From: Flaccisagitta enflata
Taxonomy: Eukaryota
Assembly: GCA_965153355.1 (NCBI GenBank)
Contig: OZ231126.1
Location: forward strand, 3,782,001 to 3,846,000
DNA: 64,000 nucleotides
Reading direction: 5' to 3'
Below the pieces are notes generated by a model. That model did no database searches. It had not been told where the DNA came from and was given only the letters and a program-made list of their open reading frames with translations. Positions 12,130-23,335 of this stretch are shown one piece after another; the first letter of the stretch is position 1; each line of letters starts with the position of its first letter. The position numbers and the translations under genes are program-made.

Positions 12130-12609
12130 TTCCTCTTCTTTTTCTTTTCCTTTTTCTTTTTTCTTTTTCTTTTTTTCTTCTTTCTCTTTCTCCCTCATTT
12201 TCTTTTTCCTTTTCTTTTCCTTTTTTTTTCTCTTTCTCTTTCTTTTCCATTTTCTTTTTCTTTTTTTTTCTTTTTCTTTTTTTTCTTTTTGCTCTCCTCC
12301 TCCTCCGCTTTTTTTTCTTTTTCTTGTTCTTGTTCTTGTTCTTGTTCTTGTTCTTCTTCTTCTTCTTCTTGTTCTTGTTCTTGTTCTTGTTCTTCTTCTT
12401 CTTCTTCTTCTTCTTCTTCTTCTTCTTCTTCTTCTTCTTCTTCTTCTTCTTCTTCTTCTTCTTCTTCTTCTTCTTCTTCTTCTTCTTCTTCTTCTTCTTC
12501 TTCTTCTTCTTCTTCTTCTTCTTCTTCTTCTTCTTCTTTTTCTTCTTCTTCTTCTTCTTCTTCTTCTTCTTCTTCTTCTTCTTCTTCTTCTTCTTCTTCT
12601 TCTTCTTCC

Positions 12610-12640
<31 letters not shown>

Positions 12641-13025
12641 CTTCTTCTTCTTCTTCTTCTTCTTCTTCTTCTTCTTCTTCTTCTTCTTCTTCTTCTTCTT
12701 CTTCTTCTTCTTCTTCTTCTTCTTCTTCTTCTTCTTCTTCTTCTTCTTCTTCTTCTCTTCTGCTTCTTCTTCTTCCTCTACTGCTTTTTGACTTCCTCTT
12801 CTTTTCTTCATATATTTGCTTATTTTCTTCTTCTTCTTCTTTTTCTTCTTCTTCTTCTTCTTCTTCTTCTTCTTCTTCTTCTTCTTCTTCATCTTCTTCT
12901 TCTTCCGCTTCTTCTTCTTCTTCTTCTTCTTCTTCTTCTTCTTCCTTGCGCTTTGTTTCTTCTTCTTCTTCTTCTTCTTCTTCTTCTTCTTCTTCTGCGT
13001 CTACGTCTTTTTCATCTTCTCCTTC
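12130..13025. repeat. (TTC)n / pyrimidine-rich microsatellite
   Basis: Visible directly; explains the poly-L/K/S/E/F ORFs. Confidence 0.97.
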
Positions 13026-13085
13026 TTGCTGTGTATGTTTTCTACCAAAATTCACGCGCAACTTTTATGCGCCCACAAAAATTTA

Positions 13086-13640
13086 CCATCTTGGCCATAA
13101 ATACAAGAACATTAGGTGCATAAGTTGATTTTTTGACTAGAATTGAGCAGCAAACATATCAGACTGTATCTAATATTTAATACGACCATGTTGGGCATCC
13201 ACCATTGCCTTATTCACTTTGGCATTGACTCGTAGAGAGACTGGAGGTACTCTGGAGTGATGCTGTTTACCCCTGTTTCTGTTTCTGTTTCTGTTTCTGT
13301 TTCGTTTGAATCTTTGAGTTCTCGCTTGGATTGAGATCCAAATGGATGTGGGCTAATCCTATACAAGCTTAACTCGTTGCTCTTGCAGTATATTTGTCAC
13401 AGTTTCCCAGTGCACCATTTTCCATAAACTAGAATGATTTGCCCAACCACATTTGCAAAAACCAAATGTTTCATTCATTTGGCTCTCATTGCTAAACGAA
13501 TAAAGATACACAAACCAGCTTGGTCTCATTTGATAGATTATTTGAAGATGTAAATTTTGATAAAAAAATCATCTCTGTGCGATTAAAATTAAGCAAGTGA
13601 TGACACTTGAAAGCTGTTCTTACATTTATGGCCAAGATGG
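13086..13640 (-). mobile_element. Internally deleted Tc1-family DNA transposon with transposase remnant
   Basis: TA|CCATCTTGGCCATAAATACAAGAAC ... GTTCTTACATTTATGGCCAAGATGG|TA TIRs; decayed minus-strand peptides FMENGA, D*P, LDLNPSEN and ITPEYLQSLYESMPK*..AMVDAQHGRIKY resemble Tc1 QDGAP, DWP.SPDLNPIEN and SMP.R..AVI.A.GG.TKY motifs. Confidence 0.88.
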
Positions 13641-13912
13641 TACATCCAATTTTTTTACCTTTCTTATCTTTTGCTCCGGGGAAATACAGTCCAATAACAG
13701 GAGGTAAAAAAAGATGAAGACCGAGGGCATATCAACAAACATGGAAACAGACTTTGTATGACAAAAATCACCCCCCCCCCCGCCTTTTTTTAAGCAACCC
13801 CCCCTCCCCTGTTTTTTGGTTAAGAAAATGACTTGATTCAAATTGGCAACGCCGCGCTGTTTGGGCAGGGGCCCCAAAGGACCGATATCCTGTTGAGCAC
13901 AGGGGGGAATAT

Positions 13913-15873
13913 TAGGGTGGTCGGGATTGAGGGTCAAATTTCAAAAAATGATATAACCATGCCAAAATAAAAAAACGCACTATGTTTTGATGTGCTAGGC
14001 TCATTAGTTGGAGGCAAAACTACAAAAACTCCATGACCATTTTAAAGAGCTTCAAAAAATCTATCATTTGAGTGGTGTCAGAAAATTCTAGCTCAAAAAC
14101 TTTAAAAGTTACAAAGGTTTAAAGTTAAATTGTCAATATCTCAAATGCAGGAAATTACATTTTTGTTCCTCCTCATAAACTGTACCTCTTGTTTTCATCT
14201 AATTATAATTTCTAAACAAATCAAGCTACCAATTTCTGCTTGGCGGCATTATGAAGAAAATTTTCCAAATTTTTTTCTTTCATGAATTTTCTTTTCAATC
14301 GGGTAAATATTAGTTGAGGTACAAACAGCCAGAAGTCTCACTTGCAAAATTCTTAAAAAAAAAAAAAATGGACCCATCACAGATTTTTGCACAGGGGACC
14401 TAAAAGGCTGTGGGAACAAAGATTCTGATGTTCATTTTGACTGACTTGAGCCAAAAAAAAAAGAAACGGTTTTATTGCAAAAAACAGCTATTTTTCCTAA
14501 AAAATAGTATTAAATAAGAATTTTGATTTTTTTTTCAGAAACATAAAGTCCCAATAGTAGTTGATATTTGAGTGACTCTAGAACAATTTTGAATTGGTCT
14601 ATGAGGTTCAAAAATAGCATTAAAATGCTCAAAAATGAAGAGACCTAAAAATTAAAAGAAAATTGTCAAAACTGATGTTTGGAACAGTTTCTTAAGGGTA
14701 AAATATGCTGTCAGTATGAATTTCATCAATTTACAAAAATATAGCCATGATATATAGCCATGATAAGCGAAAAACATAAAACCGCAATATGCAAATGAGA
14801 TCAAGTGCAAATTTTCAAAAATAGCAAAAATTGTGTAAAAACACGAAAGTACTCAATATTTTATTGTGTTTAGCTTCTATAAAAGAAAAAACATGTTTTG
14901 CCATTTTTTGCAAAATTATTTGATCTCATTTGCATATTGCGGTTTTGCGTTTTTCGCTTATCACGGCCATGTTTTTTAAGTAAATTTTAAGAATTCCACT
15001 GATAACATATTTTTCCTGAAACTGTTCCAAATCATCAGTTTTGACTGTTACAATTCTTACGTCATTCTCATTTGAGCATTCTGCTATCTTTGAACCTCAT
15101 AGACCTATTAAATTGTTCTACATTCACTCAAATATCAATTACTATTAGGACTTTATATTTCTGCAAAAAAAGACCAAAATATTTCATTTAATACCATTTT
15201 TTAGGAAAAATAACTGTTTTACACTAACTCGTTTCTTTTTTGGCTCTGAATTGATCAAAATGGTATCAATATTGTTCTAACATTTGCTCACCTAATGCAA
15301 AAATCTGGGATGTCCATTTTTTCATAACCCTTAAAATTGAGATTTTCTCCATCAGGACTCCAAACCTAGAATTTTTATTCATTCAATGAAAAAATTTGAC
15401 CATCAATTTCCTGGCAATTGGGATATTGACATCTTGATTTAAAATTGTTGTAAGTTTTAAAGTTTTTGAGCTAAAACTTTCTGAGACCACTCAAATGATA
15501 GATTTTTTAAAGCTCTTTAAAATGCTCATGGATTTTGTGTAGTTTTGACTCTTAATAAAGAGCCAAGGGTTATCATATTGCAGTGCGGTTTTTTATTTTG
15601 GCATGGTTACTCTAGTTTATTGCATGAATGTACCAAATTAGGAGGTTTTCCTAGAAGCAAAGGTCTGAATTTAGAGATCAAATCATGTCGGCAACACTAC
15701 AGACTTCCTATGGCAATGAAATAATCCCCATTGTAAGCCTATGGTGTTGCCGACAAGATTTTTTGTCTGATTTCAAACCCCAAATTGTGAGAAATCCCTC
15801 TTTTATTGGATATTTTTGGAAAGGGCCTGAGTATATAAATATATAGAATTTGACCAAATTCTCAACCTCCCTA
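13913..15873. mobile_element. Non-autonomous DNA transposon (hAT-like) with a ~1.65 kb internal foldback, nested in a HINE family B copy
   Basis: Termini TAGGGTGGTCGGGATTGAGGGTCAAATT / AATTTGACCAAATTCTCAACCTCCCTA; flanks GGGAATAT / GTGAATTT (6/8, decayed 8 bp TSD); ~13955-14830 is the imperfect reverse complement of ~14895-15610. Confidence 0.75.
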
Positions 15874-16479
15874 GTGAATTTTCAAGCGTCTTTCCAACCT
15901 ATGCTTTTATTTACATCTATCCACCGCACCCCCTCCTAAGGCCTTGCAAGCCACAAATACATACTCTGAAGCCCTAAATCGGCCCTCTCATGTCCCCTCT
16001 GACCTGAAATTACCCCATAAGGCCTGAATTTTGCCATCAGATTCATATATAGCCATACAGGTGTCAATTGTGCCCTTGTAACATCCCCCTGAAATAAAAC
16101 GTCCATAATAGAGAGGAGGGTGTCCAATATCCCTGAAGTATGTCCTCGAATGACTCATTTCTACACAATTCAAACTCAATGATGAAGTTTATTACAATTG
16201 TTGGTGAAATGATGGGCCAATGAGTAAAACCAAGATTTGCTCTCAAAAGCCACTCCTCTCCTCCCACCCCCCACCCCAACAAAAAAAGATAAATAAAACC
16301 GCAGTGTTATATCGTGTTGTAGACAGATGGACCGACGTAATAGACGGATGGACTGACGAACCAAACTGCAGATAGGAAAGGTGGTTTAAAAATCAAGATA
16401 TGAAAAAAATAAGATTGTTTTTGTTAACAATGATAGAGGCCAGAGAGGAAAAAACATTCCTGACGGTGGCGATATGGCT

Positions 16480-17265
16480 TAATGAATGAATTGATGAATT
16501 ATTGAATGAACGAATGAATGAATGAATGAATGAATGAATGAATGAATGAATGAATGAATGAACGAATGAATGAATGAATGAATGAATGAATGAATGAATG
16601 AATAAATGAATAAAAATGAATGAATGAATGAATGAATGAATGAATGAATGAATGAATGAATGAATGAAGGAATGATTAAATGAATAGATAAAATGATTGA
16701 ATGAATCAATGAATCAATGACCAAATGAATAAAATGAATGATTGAATCGATGAATGAACGAATGAATGAATAAATGAATAAAAGGAATGAATGATTGAAT
16801 AAGATAAATGAATGAATGAATGGATGAATGAATAAACAAATTGATAATGTAATGAATGAATGAATGAATGAATGAATGAATGAATGAATGAATGAATGAA
16901 TGAATGAATAAATGAATGAAAGAATGAATGAATGAATGAATGAATGAATGAATGAATGAATGAATGAATGAATGAATGAATGAATGAATGAATGAATGAA
17001 TGAATGAATGAATGAATGAATGGGTGAATGAATGAATGAATGAACGAATGAATAAATGAATGAGTAAAACAAATGAATGATTAAATAAAATAAGTGAAAG
17101 AATGAATGAATGAATAACTGAATGAATGAATGACTAAATGGATAATGCAATGAATGAATGAATGAATGAATGAATGAATGAATGAAAGAATGAATGAATG
17201 AATGAATGAATGAATGAATGAATGAAGGGATTGGTGAATAATGAAAGGGTGAATGAATGAACAAA
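16480..17265. repeat. (GAAT)n microsatellite
   Basis: Visible directly. Confidence 0.97.
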
Positions 17266-17282
17266 TGAGTTGTTTTTATTAC

Positions 17283-17354
17283 CTACGATAGAAGCCAGAA
17301 AGGAAGCCGCATTTCCGACAATCTCGATGTGGTCTTGAAAATCGAATTTGGGCT
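17283..17354 (-). CDS. Class B (secretin-family) GPCR exon encoding the first part of TM1
   Basis: ttttggttaagcag|ag-PKFDFQDHIEIVGNAASFLASIV-g|gtaata; phase 1 joins in frame (GCA, Ala) to the exon at 11288. Confidence 0.72.
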   Translation of the reverse strand, partial: SPNSIFKTTSRLSEMRLPFWLLS

Positions 17355-18020
17355 CTGCTTAACCAAAAGTGATAACGAATAGAAAAAAAGAAGAGAAGAG
17401 AAAGAAAAATTACCGTATCATCTCTGCCGGAAATACAGATACAGATGGACAAAGGAGGGAAAACTCCGTGCAAGCGAGAGATAATAGGCGTGGGTTCGTA
17501 TGTCCGAAATGTCCATCCGTCCATGTAATTTTTGGCTTCATCAAGTTGTTTTTTCTCGATGGGGTCCATAAGACAGCCTCAAAAATTTTTGTCGTGTAGT
17601 GAGTTGTTAGTTGCCAACCGTCTGAAATTTGAGAACCAGCACTCAGATAATGATAAAACTTGGTCAGTGTCATTTTTAGATGCGTCCACGCATCTCTATA
17701 AGAGGGCTTTGTACTAACTTGTTTTAACGTTAACTGTTTAAAAATTATCATGCGCTGCATTGTTATCTTTTTTACAGTTAAAAACGGAAGCATCGATTCC
17801 CTTTATTTTATGCTTAATCTCTTCATAAAGATAGGATGAATAGACAAAGTTAGTATCGGAGAAAATCTTTAACAAAAACAGTTTCAGACAGAATATCATC
17901 ATTTCTACAACATATGTCTGAAACTCGAGGGGACCTCGATTGCAAGTACCGATTCCATTGTGTCAAAGTTATATTTATGTTTCTACATTCCTATGCTTCT
18001 TATGTATGGATTTTTACCGC

Positions 18021-18182
18021 ATTTTTAGTAGCGGACACGCAACTCTATAAGAGGCTTTGTCCGTCCATCCGTTGGTTGGTTGGTTGGTCGGTCCGTAACC
18101 ATCGAGTCGAAAAGTGAGAAAACGCGCATTTCCGCCCCTGCCCACCCGTCCGCAACTGATGGCCGTGTATCCGGCCTTGTTT
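18021..18182 (+). mobile_element. HINE/DINE-1-like element family A, representative complete copy (more than 20 related copies in the window)
   Basis: T-run, 5' hairpin AGTAGCGGACACGCAACT, GTCC/GGTT microsatellite, 3' subterminal IR GTCCGCAACT, 3' stem-loop GGCCGTGTATCCGGCC, then TTGTTT; no TSD. Confidence 0.78.
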
Positions 18183-18348
18183 CCTGCTCTAAGCTCACCC
18201 CGCCATCGAAAAACATGTTTATAGGTGCAATTCCGCGATATTGAGGGAGACTTTTGTGTGGTAAATAAATAGTCTGGAACAGATCTGGCCAGAGGGGGAG
18301 CCCAGTCCCAAATAGGTGCTCGAGATAAGAAAAGAAAAATAGTGAAAA

Positions 18349-19052
18349 ACAGGTCGCCCAAGGGAAATATGTGGTCAGCGATACCCGTTGCCCTGCTTTG
18401 AGTGATTGTTAATTTGAGTGAGGGGAAGCAGGGCAGCGGCCCCAAAAGGGACGAAGTCCTGTAGAACACAGGGGGACTTTCATTCATCCTGCCTGAAGAA
18501 GTGGATGAGATGCTAGAGCCTAAATTGAGGTCTAAGAAGGCTGATTTAAGCTTGAAAGGGCTGACTTGAGCCTTGAGAGAGTTGGATTAAGGCTTGGAAG
18601 GTCAGAGGACTGACTTAAAGCTCAGAGGACTGACTTAAAGGTCAGAGGACTGACTTTAGATAGCTGATTTGAGGCCTGAGAGGCCAGGTTTGAGGCCTGA
18701 GAGTTGGATTTGAGGCCTGAGAAGCCTAATTTGAGGCTAAAGAGGTTGGATATGAGGCCTGAGAGGCTGGATTTGAGGCCTGAGAGGCTGGATTTGAGGC
18801 CTGAGAGGCTGGATTTGAGGCCTGAGAGGCTGGATTTGAGGCCTGAGAGGCTGGATTTGAGGCCTGAGAGGCCTGAGAGGCCTGAGAGGCCAGATTTGAG
18901 GTCTCAGAGGCCAGATTTGAGGTTTCAGAGGCCAGATTTGAGGACTGAGGGGCTGGATGAGGGGGGGACAAATGGACGGACAAACGGACGGACGGATGAA
19001 TGAAAGTCCCCCTGTGTTCTACAGGACTTCGTCCCTTTCGGGGCCGCTGCCC
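18349..19052 (-). mobile_element. HINE family B element with a 21 bp tandem array
   Basis: ~45 bp subterminal inverted repeats GGGCAGCGGCCCC(A/G)AAGGGACGAAGTCCTGTAGAACACAGGGGGAC flank (GAGGCCTGAGAGGCTGGATTT)n. Confidence 0.75.
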
Positions 19053-19337
19053 AAAAGGAAAACAAGGCCAGATATACGGTCACCCTAGTCGTGTGCGGGT
19101 GTGCAGGAGTAGTGCTGGAGAGAGTCACTAAGGCATCCGGGCAGGGTCCGTATGCTGAAAACACTCAACAAGGCCGGATACACGGCCACCAGTTGCGGAC
19201 GGGTGGGCAGGAGCGGATATACACGTTTTCCCACTTTTTGACTCGTGCAGACGGATGGATGGACCAATGGACCGACGGACGGACAAAGCCACTTGTAGAG
19301 TTGCGTGTCCGCAACTAAAAACACCGAAAAAGTAAAT

Positions 19338-21355
19338 AGTCGCAAAAGCGTTAGATGGTCAGCGGTACCCGTGCCCTGCCTAAGTAGGTTGTGGTTGAAG
19401 TTGAGGGGGGAGCAGCGCAGCGGCCCCAAACCTATGCTTTCACACATATGGGGGATTTTCTCCTTCGTCCCTCCCCCCCTCAAATCACAGTCTTGAGGCC
19501 CAAATTCCAGTCTCAAGGCCCAAATCCCAATCTCGAGGCCCAAATCCCAGCCTCAAGGCCCAAATCCTAGCCTCAAGGCCCAAATCCTAGCCAGTAGGCT
19601 GAGATTTGGGCCTCAAGGCCGGGATCTGGGCCTCTTGGCTGAGATTTTGTCGTTGAGGCTGAGATTTGGTCTTCAAGACTGAAATCTGGGCCTCCAGGCT
19701 CGGATTTAGGCCTTGAGGCTAGGATTTAGGCCTTGAGGCTGTGATTTGGGCCTCAAGACTGGGATTTGAGCCTCGAGACTGGAATTTGGGCCTCGTGACT
19801 GGGATTTGAGGGGGGGGGACGTAGAAGGAGAAGGAGAAGGAGCAGGAGAAAATCCCCCATATGTGTCATATAGGTCATCGACCCCTTCGGGGCCGCTGCC
19901 CAAAAGGGGACATACCGACTGACCGACCAACTGACATAGTGGGGTGTAGAGTCGCGTAGCATGCGATTAAAACAAGGCCGGATACAGGGCCATCAGTTGC
20001 AGACGGGTGGGCAGGGGCGGAAATGCAACTGTCCGCAACTAAAAATGTTCTAAAACGCTTATTTTCCCACTTTTCGACTCATGCAGATGGACCAACGGAC
20101 GGATGGTCTTATAGAGTTGCGTGTTAGCAACTAATAGTCGCAAAAGCGTTAGATGGTCAGCGGTACCCATGCCCTGCTTAAGTAGGTTGTGGTTGAAGTT
20201 GAGGGGGGAGCAGGGCAGCGGCCCCGAAGGGGTCGATGACCTATGCTTTCACACATATGGGGAATTTTCTCCTCCTTCGAGCAATTGGGATTGGGGCCTT
20301 AAGGCTTGGATTAAGGCCTTGGGGCTGGCATTTTGGGTGGGGATTTTGGCCTTAAGACAGGGATTTTGGCCTTGGGGCTAGGATTTAGGCCTTCAGGCTG
20401 TGATTAGGGCCTTCAGGCTGTGATTTGGGCCCTGAGTATAGGATTTGGGTCTTTAGGATGGGATTTGGGCCTTGAGGCTGGGATTTGGGCCTCCAACTGG
20501 GATTTGGGCCTTGAGACTGGGATTTTGGCCTCAAGAATGGAATTTGGGCCTCAAGGATAGGATTTGGACCTTGAGGCTGGGATTTAGGCCTCGAGACTGG
20601 GATTTGGGCCTCATAGTAGGATTTGGGTCGGGGGGGGGGGGGACGGAGGAGAAGAAGAAGAAGGAGGAGGAGGAGAAAATTCCCCATATGTGTGAAAGCA
20701 TAGGTCATCGACCCCTTCGGAGCCGCTGCCCAAAAAATGGGAAAAAAGATAATAGTCGCAAAAGCGTTACATGGTCAGCGGTACCCGATGCCCCTAAGTT
20801 AGTTTATGTAGGGATGTGAAGGTGAGAGGGGCAGCGGCCCCGGAGGGGCAGATGACCTATGACTCCACACAGGGCGATTTTTAAGAGGCCTAATCTAGAA
20901 TCTGAAAGGCCCGATTTTAGTTCTGGGAGGCGTGAGGTGCCTGATTTAGGGTCTTAGCTACCTCAGGTAATTCTAAAAGGCTTGAATTGGGGTCTGAGAG
21001 GATTGAATTTGAGTCTGGGTGGGAGGCTTTTGTTGAGTTCTTAGAGGCCAGATTTGCAGTCTGAGAGGTCTGATTTGGGATTTGACAGACCTGATTTGAG
21101 GTCTGAGTTGCCTTCTTTGAGCTCTGAGAGGCAAGAATTGGGTCTGAGGGGCTTGAGTTAGAGATTGAAGGGCTTGAATTGGAGTCTGAGAGGCTTGAAT
21201 TGGGGTCTCAGAGGCGTGATTTGGTGTCTGAGAGGCCTGATTAGGGTCTGTGGGTCTGATTAGAGGCCAAGGGGGGGGGGGACGGAAAACGGAAACCGGA
21301 GAAAAAAGCCCTGTGTGGAATCATAGGTCATCTGCCCCTCCGTGGCCGCTGCCCA
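19338..21355 (-). mobile_element. Cluster of three adjacent HINE family B variants with interleaved family A copies
   Basis: Repeated ends AATAGTCGCAAAAGCGTTA.ATGGTCAGCGGTACCC, GGGCAGCGGCCCCGAAGGGGTCGATGACCTATG IRs and ~21 bp GGCCTTGAGGCTGGGATTT arrays. Confidence 0.7.
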
Positions 21356-21360
21356 ACAGA

Positions 21361-21420
<60 letters not shown>

Positions 21421-21531
21421 CAAGCCTAAGAGTAAGAGGCAAGACATGGGCAAAAGTCTGGCAGGGGCCAAGGCAGGGGATAGGTGTATCACTTTTTTTT
21501 TCAAATTTTTTTTTGTTTTCAGTTTGTTTTT

Positions 21532-22016
21532 GGGCAGCGGCCCCAAAGGGGACAAAGTCCTGTAGAACACAGGGACTTTTGTTCGTCCGTTTGTCCGTTC
21601 GTTAGTCCCCCCAGGCCCTCTCAGGCCGGAAATCTGCCCTCTCAGGCCTGAAATATACCCTCTCAGGCTTGAAATCTGCCCTCTCAGGCCTTGAATCTGC
21701 CCTCTCAGGCCTTGAATCTGCCTTCTCAGGCCTGAAATCTGCCTTCTCAGGCCTGAAACCTGTCCTCTCAGACCTTAGATCTGCCCTTGCAGATTCAAGG
21801 CCTGAGAGGGCAGATTTCAGGCCTGAGAGGGCTGATTTCAGGCCTGAGAGGGCCTGGGGGGGAACTGACGGACGGACGAATGGACGAATGGACGAATGGT
21901 CAAACAAAAGTCCCCTGTGTTCAACAGGACTACATCCCCTTTGGGGCCGCTGCCCTGCTTCCTCTCATTCCTCTCATTCGGGTATCGCTGACCACATATT
22001 GCCCTTGGGCGACCTG
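21532..22016 (+). mobile_element. HINE family B complete copy with a palindromic core
   Basis: Inserted in a T-run; subterminal IRs at 21532-21579 and ~21908-21955; 21 bp array flips orientation near 21790; 3' tail GGTATCGCTGACCACATATTGCCCTTGGGCGACCTG-TTTT. Confidence 0.75.
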
Positions 22017-23335
22017 TTTTCCTTTTGGGCAGCAGCCCCGAAGGGGCCGATGACCTATGCTTTCACACAGGAGAAAATTCTCCTCCTTCTCCTCCTCCTT
22101 CTTCTCCGTCCACCCCCTAGATCAGCCTTAAAGCCCAAAATCTAGCCTCAAGGCTCAATTATTAGCCTTGAGGCTCAATTATTAGCTTTGAGGCTCAAAT
22201 TCCAGCTACTAGCCTCAAATTTCAGCCTCACATCTTAAAATCCAGCCTCAAGGCTCAAATTGAGCCTCAAAGCCCAGAATCCAGCCTCTCCACTTCTCCT
22301 CCTTCTTCTCCTCCTTCTCTGTCCACCCCCTCAACCCTCAAATCTAGACTTGAAGCCAAAAATCCAGCCTCGAGGCTCAAATTCCAACCTGAAGGCTTAT
22401 ATTCCAGCTTCAAGCCTCAGATTCCAGCTTCAAAGACTCAAATTCAGCCTCAAGGCTCAGAATCGAGCCTCAAAGCCCAGAATCCAGCTTTGAGGCTAAA
22501 TATCCAGCCACGTGGCCTCAATTTTAGCCTCCAAGCTCAAATTGCAGCCTCTACAGTCAGTGGACATACCGGTATAGGTATAAATCTCTACGGTTTGTTA
22601 TAATTCGCAGAGAAAGATCATTTCAAATATAAGGTTAATCACTAAGTTGAAAAAACTTTCTTGGCTTAGGAATCAACTAAGATCAGAGACATTTCTACAG
22701 AGAGGCCATGCAAAATGATGAAAAATCATGTTTTTCCAAACGTCATAATGACCGATATATTCAGACATGAAATTTTGTGTAGATTACTAATATGAAGGTT
22801 CTACTAAGCATATAAGCAGTCAAGGTGTGCTGGAACATCTTGTCAACAGCATCATTGAAGGACCTTTAAATTAATCAAGTAAACCTATATGCTGCAGAAG
22901 TTTTTTTCGATTTTCAGATAAGTAAGTTTCACTCCTATAAATTTGATGAGAGGAAAAACAAAGATTTGAATTAGGGTGAGTTGGAGCTGCTTGTCAACTG
23001 CATCACTGAAGGATCCCTTCCTCAATCCTCAAGAGGCTATGTAAAATGATAAAAAGTGATGTTTTTCAAAAAATCATTGTAACCAATGTATTCAGTCATG
23101 AAATTTCGTTTAGATTGCAAATCTAATGGTGCCACTCAGCATATGAGTAGTCAAGGTATGCTGGAACAGCTTGTCAACAGCATCATTGAAGGGCACCTCA
23201 ATAAAACATGTAAAACTATACACAGCAGAAGTTATTATTTTCAGATAAGTACAGTAGATCTTGTCTAGACTTGAGATAATGGGGGCAAGCATTGGCGAAA
23301 CACAAATGAAGCCAGGGGAGTGATATATGAAACAT

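Noticed and set aside
12065-13128. Long poly-L/K/S/E/F ORFs
   Set aside because: Translations of a (TTC)n microsatellite that is open in several frames.
17414-17569. MDPIEKKQLDEAKNYMDGWTF… as the GPCR first exon or extracellular domain
   Set aside because: The donor at 17414 is phase 0 in that frame but the TM1 exon needs phase 1, and the conserved extracellular cysteine pattern is absent; unresolved.
18704-19003. ERLDLRP / SGLKSGL / QASNLAS repeat proteins (also 21.6 and 42.2 kb)
   Set aside because: Translations of the 21 bp subrepeat of HINE family B; open in multiple frames and on both strands.
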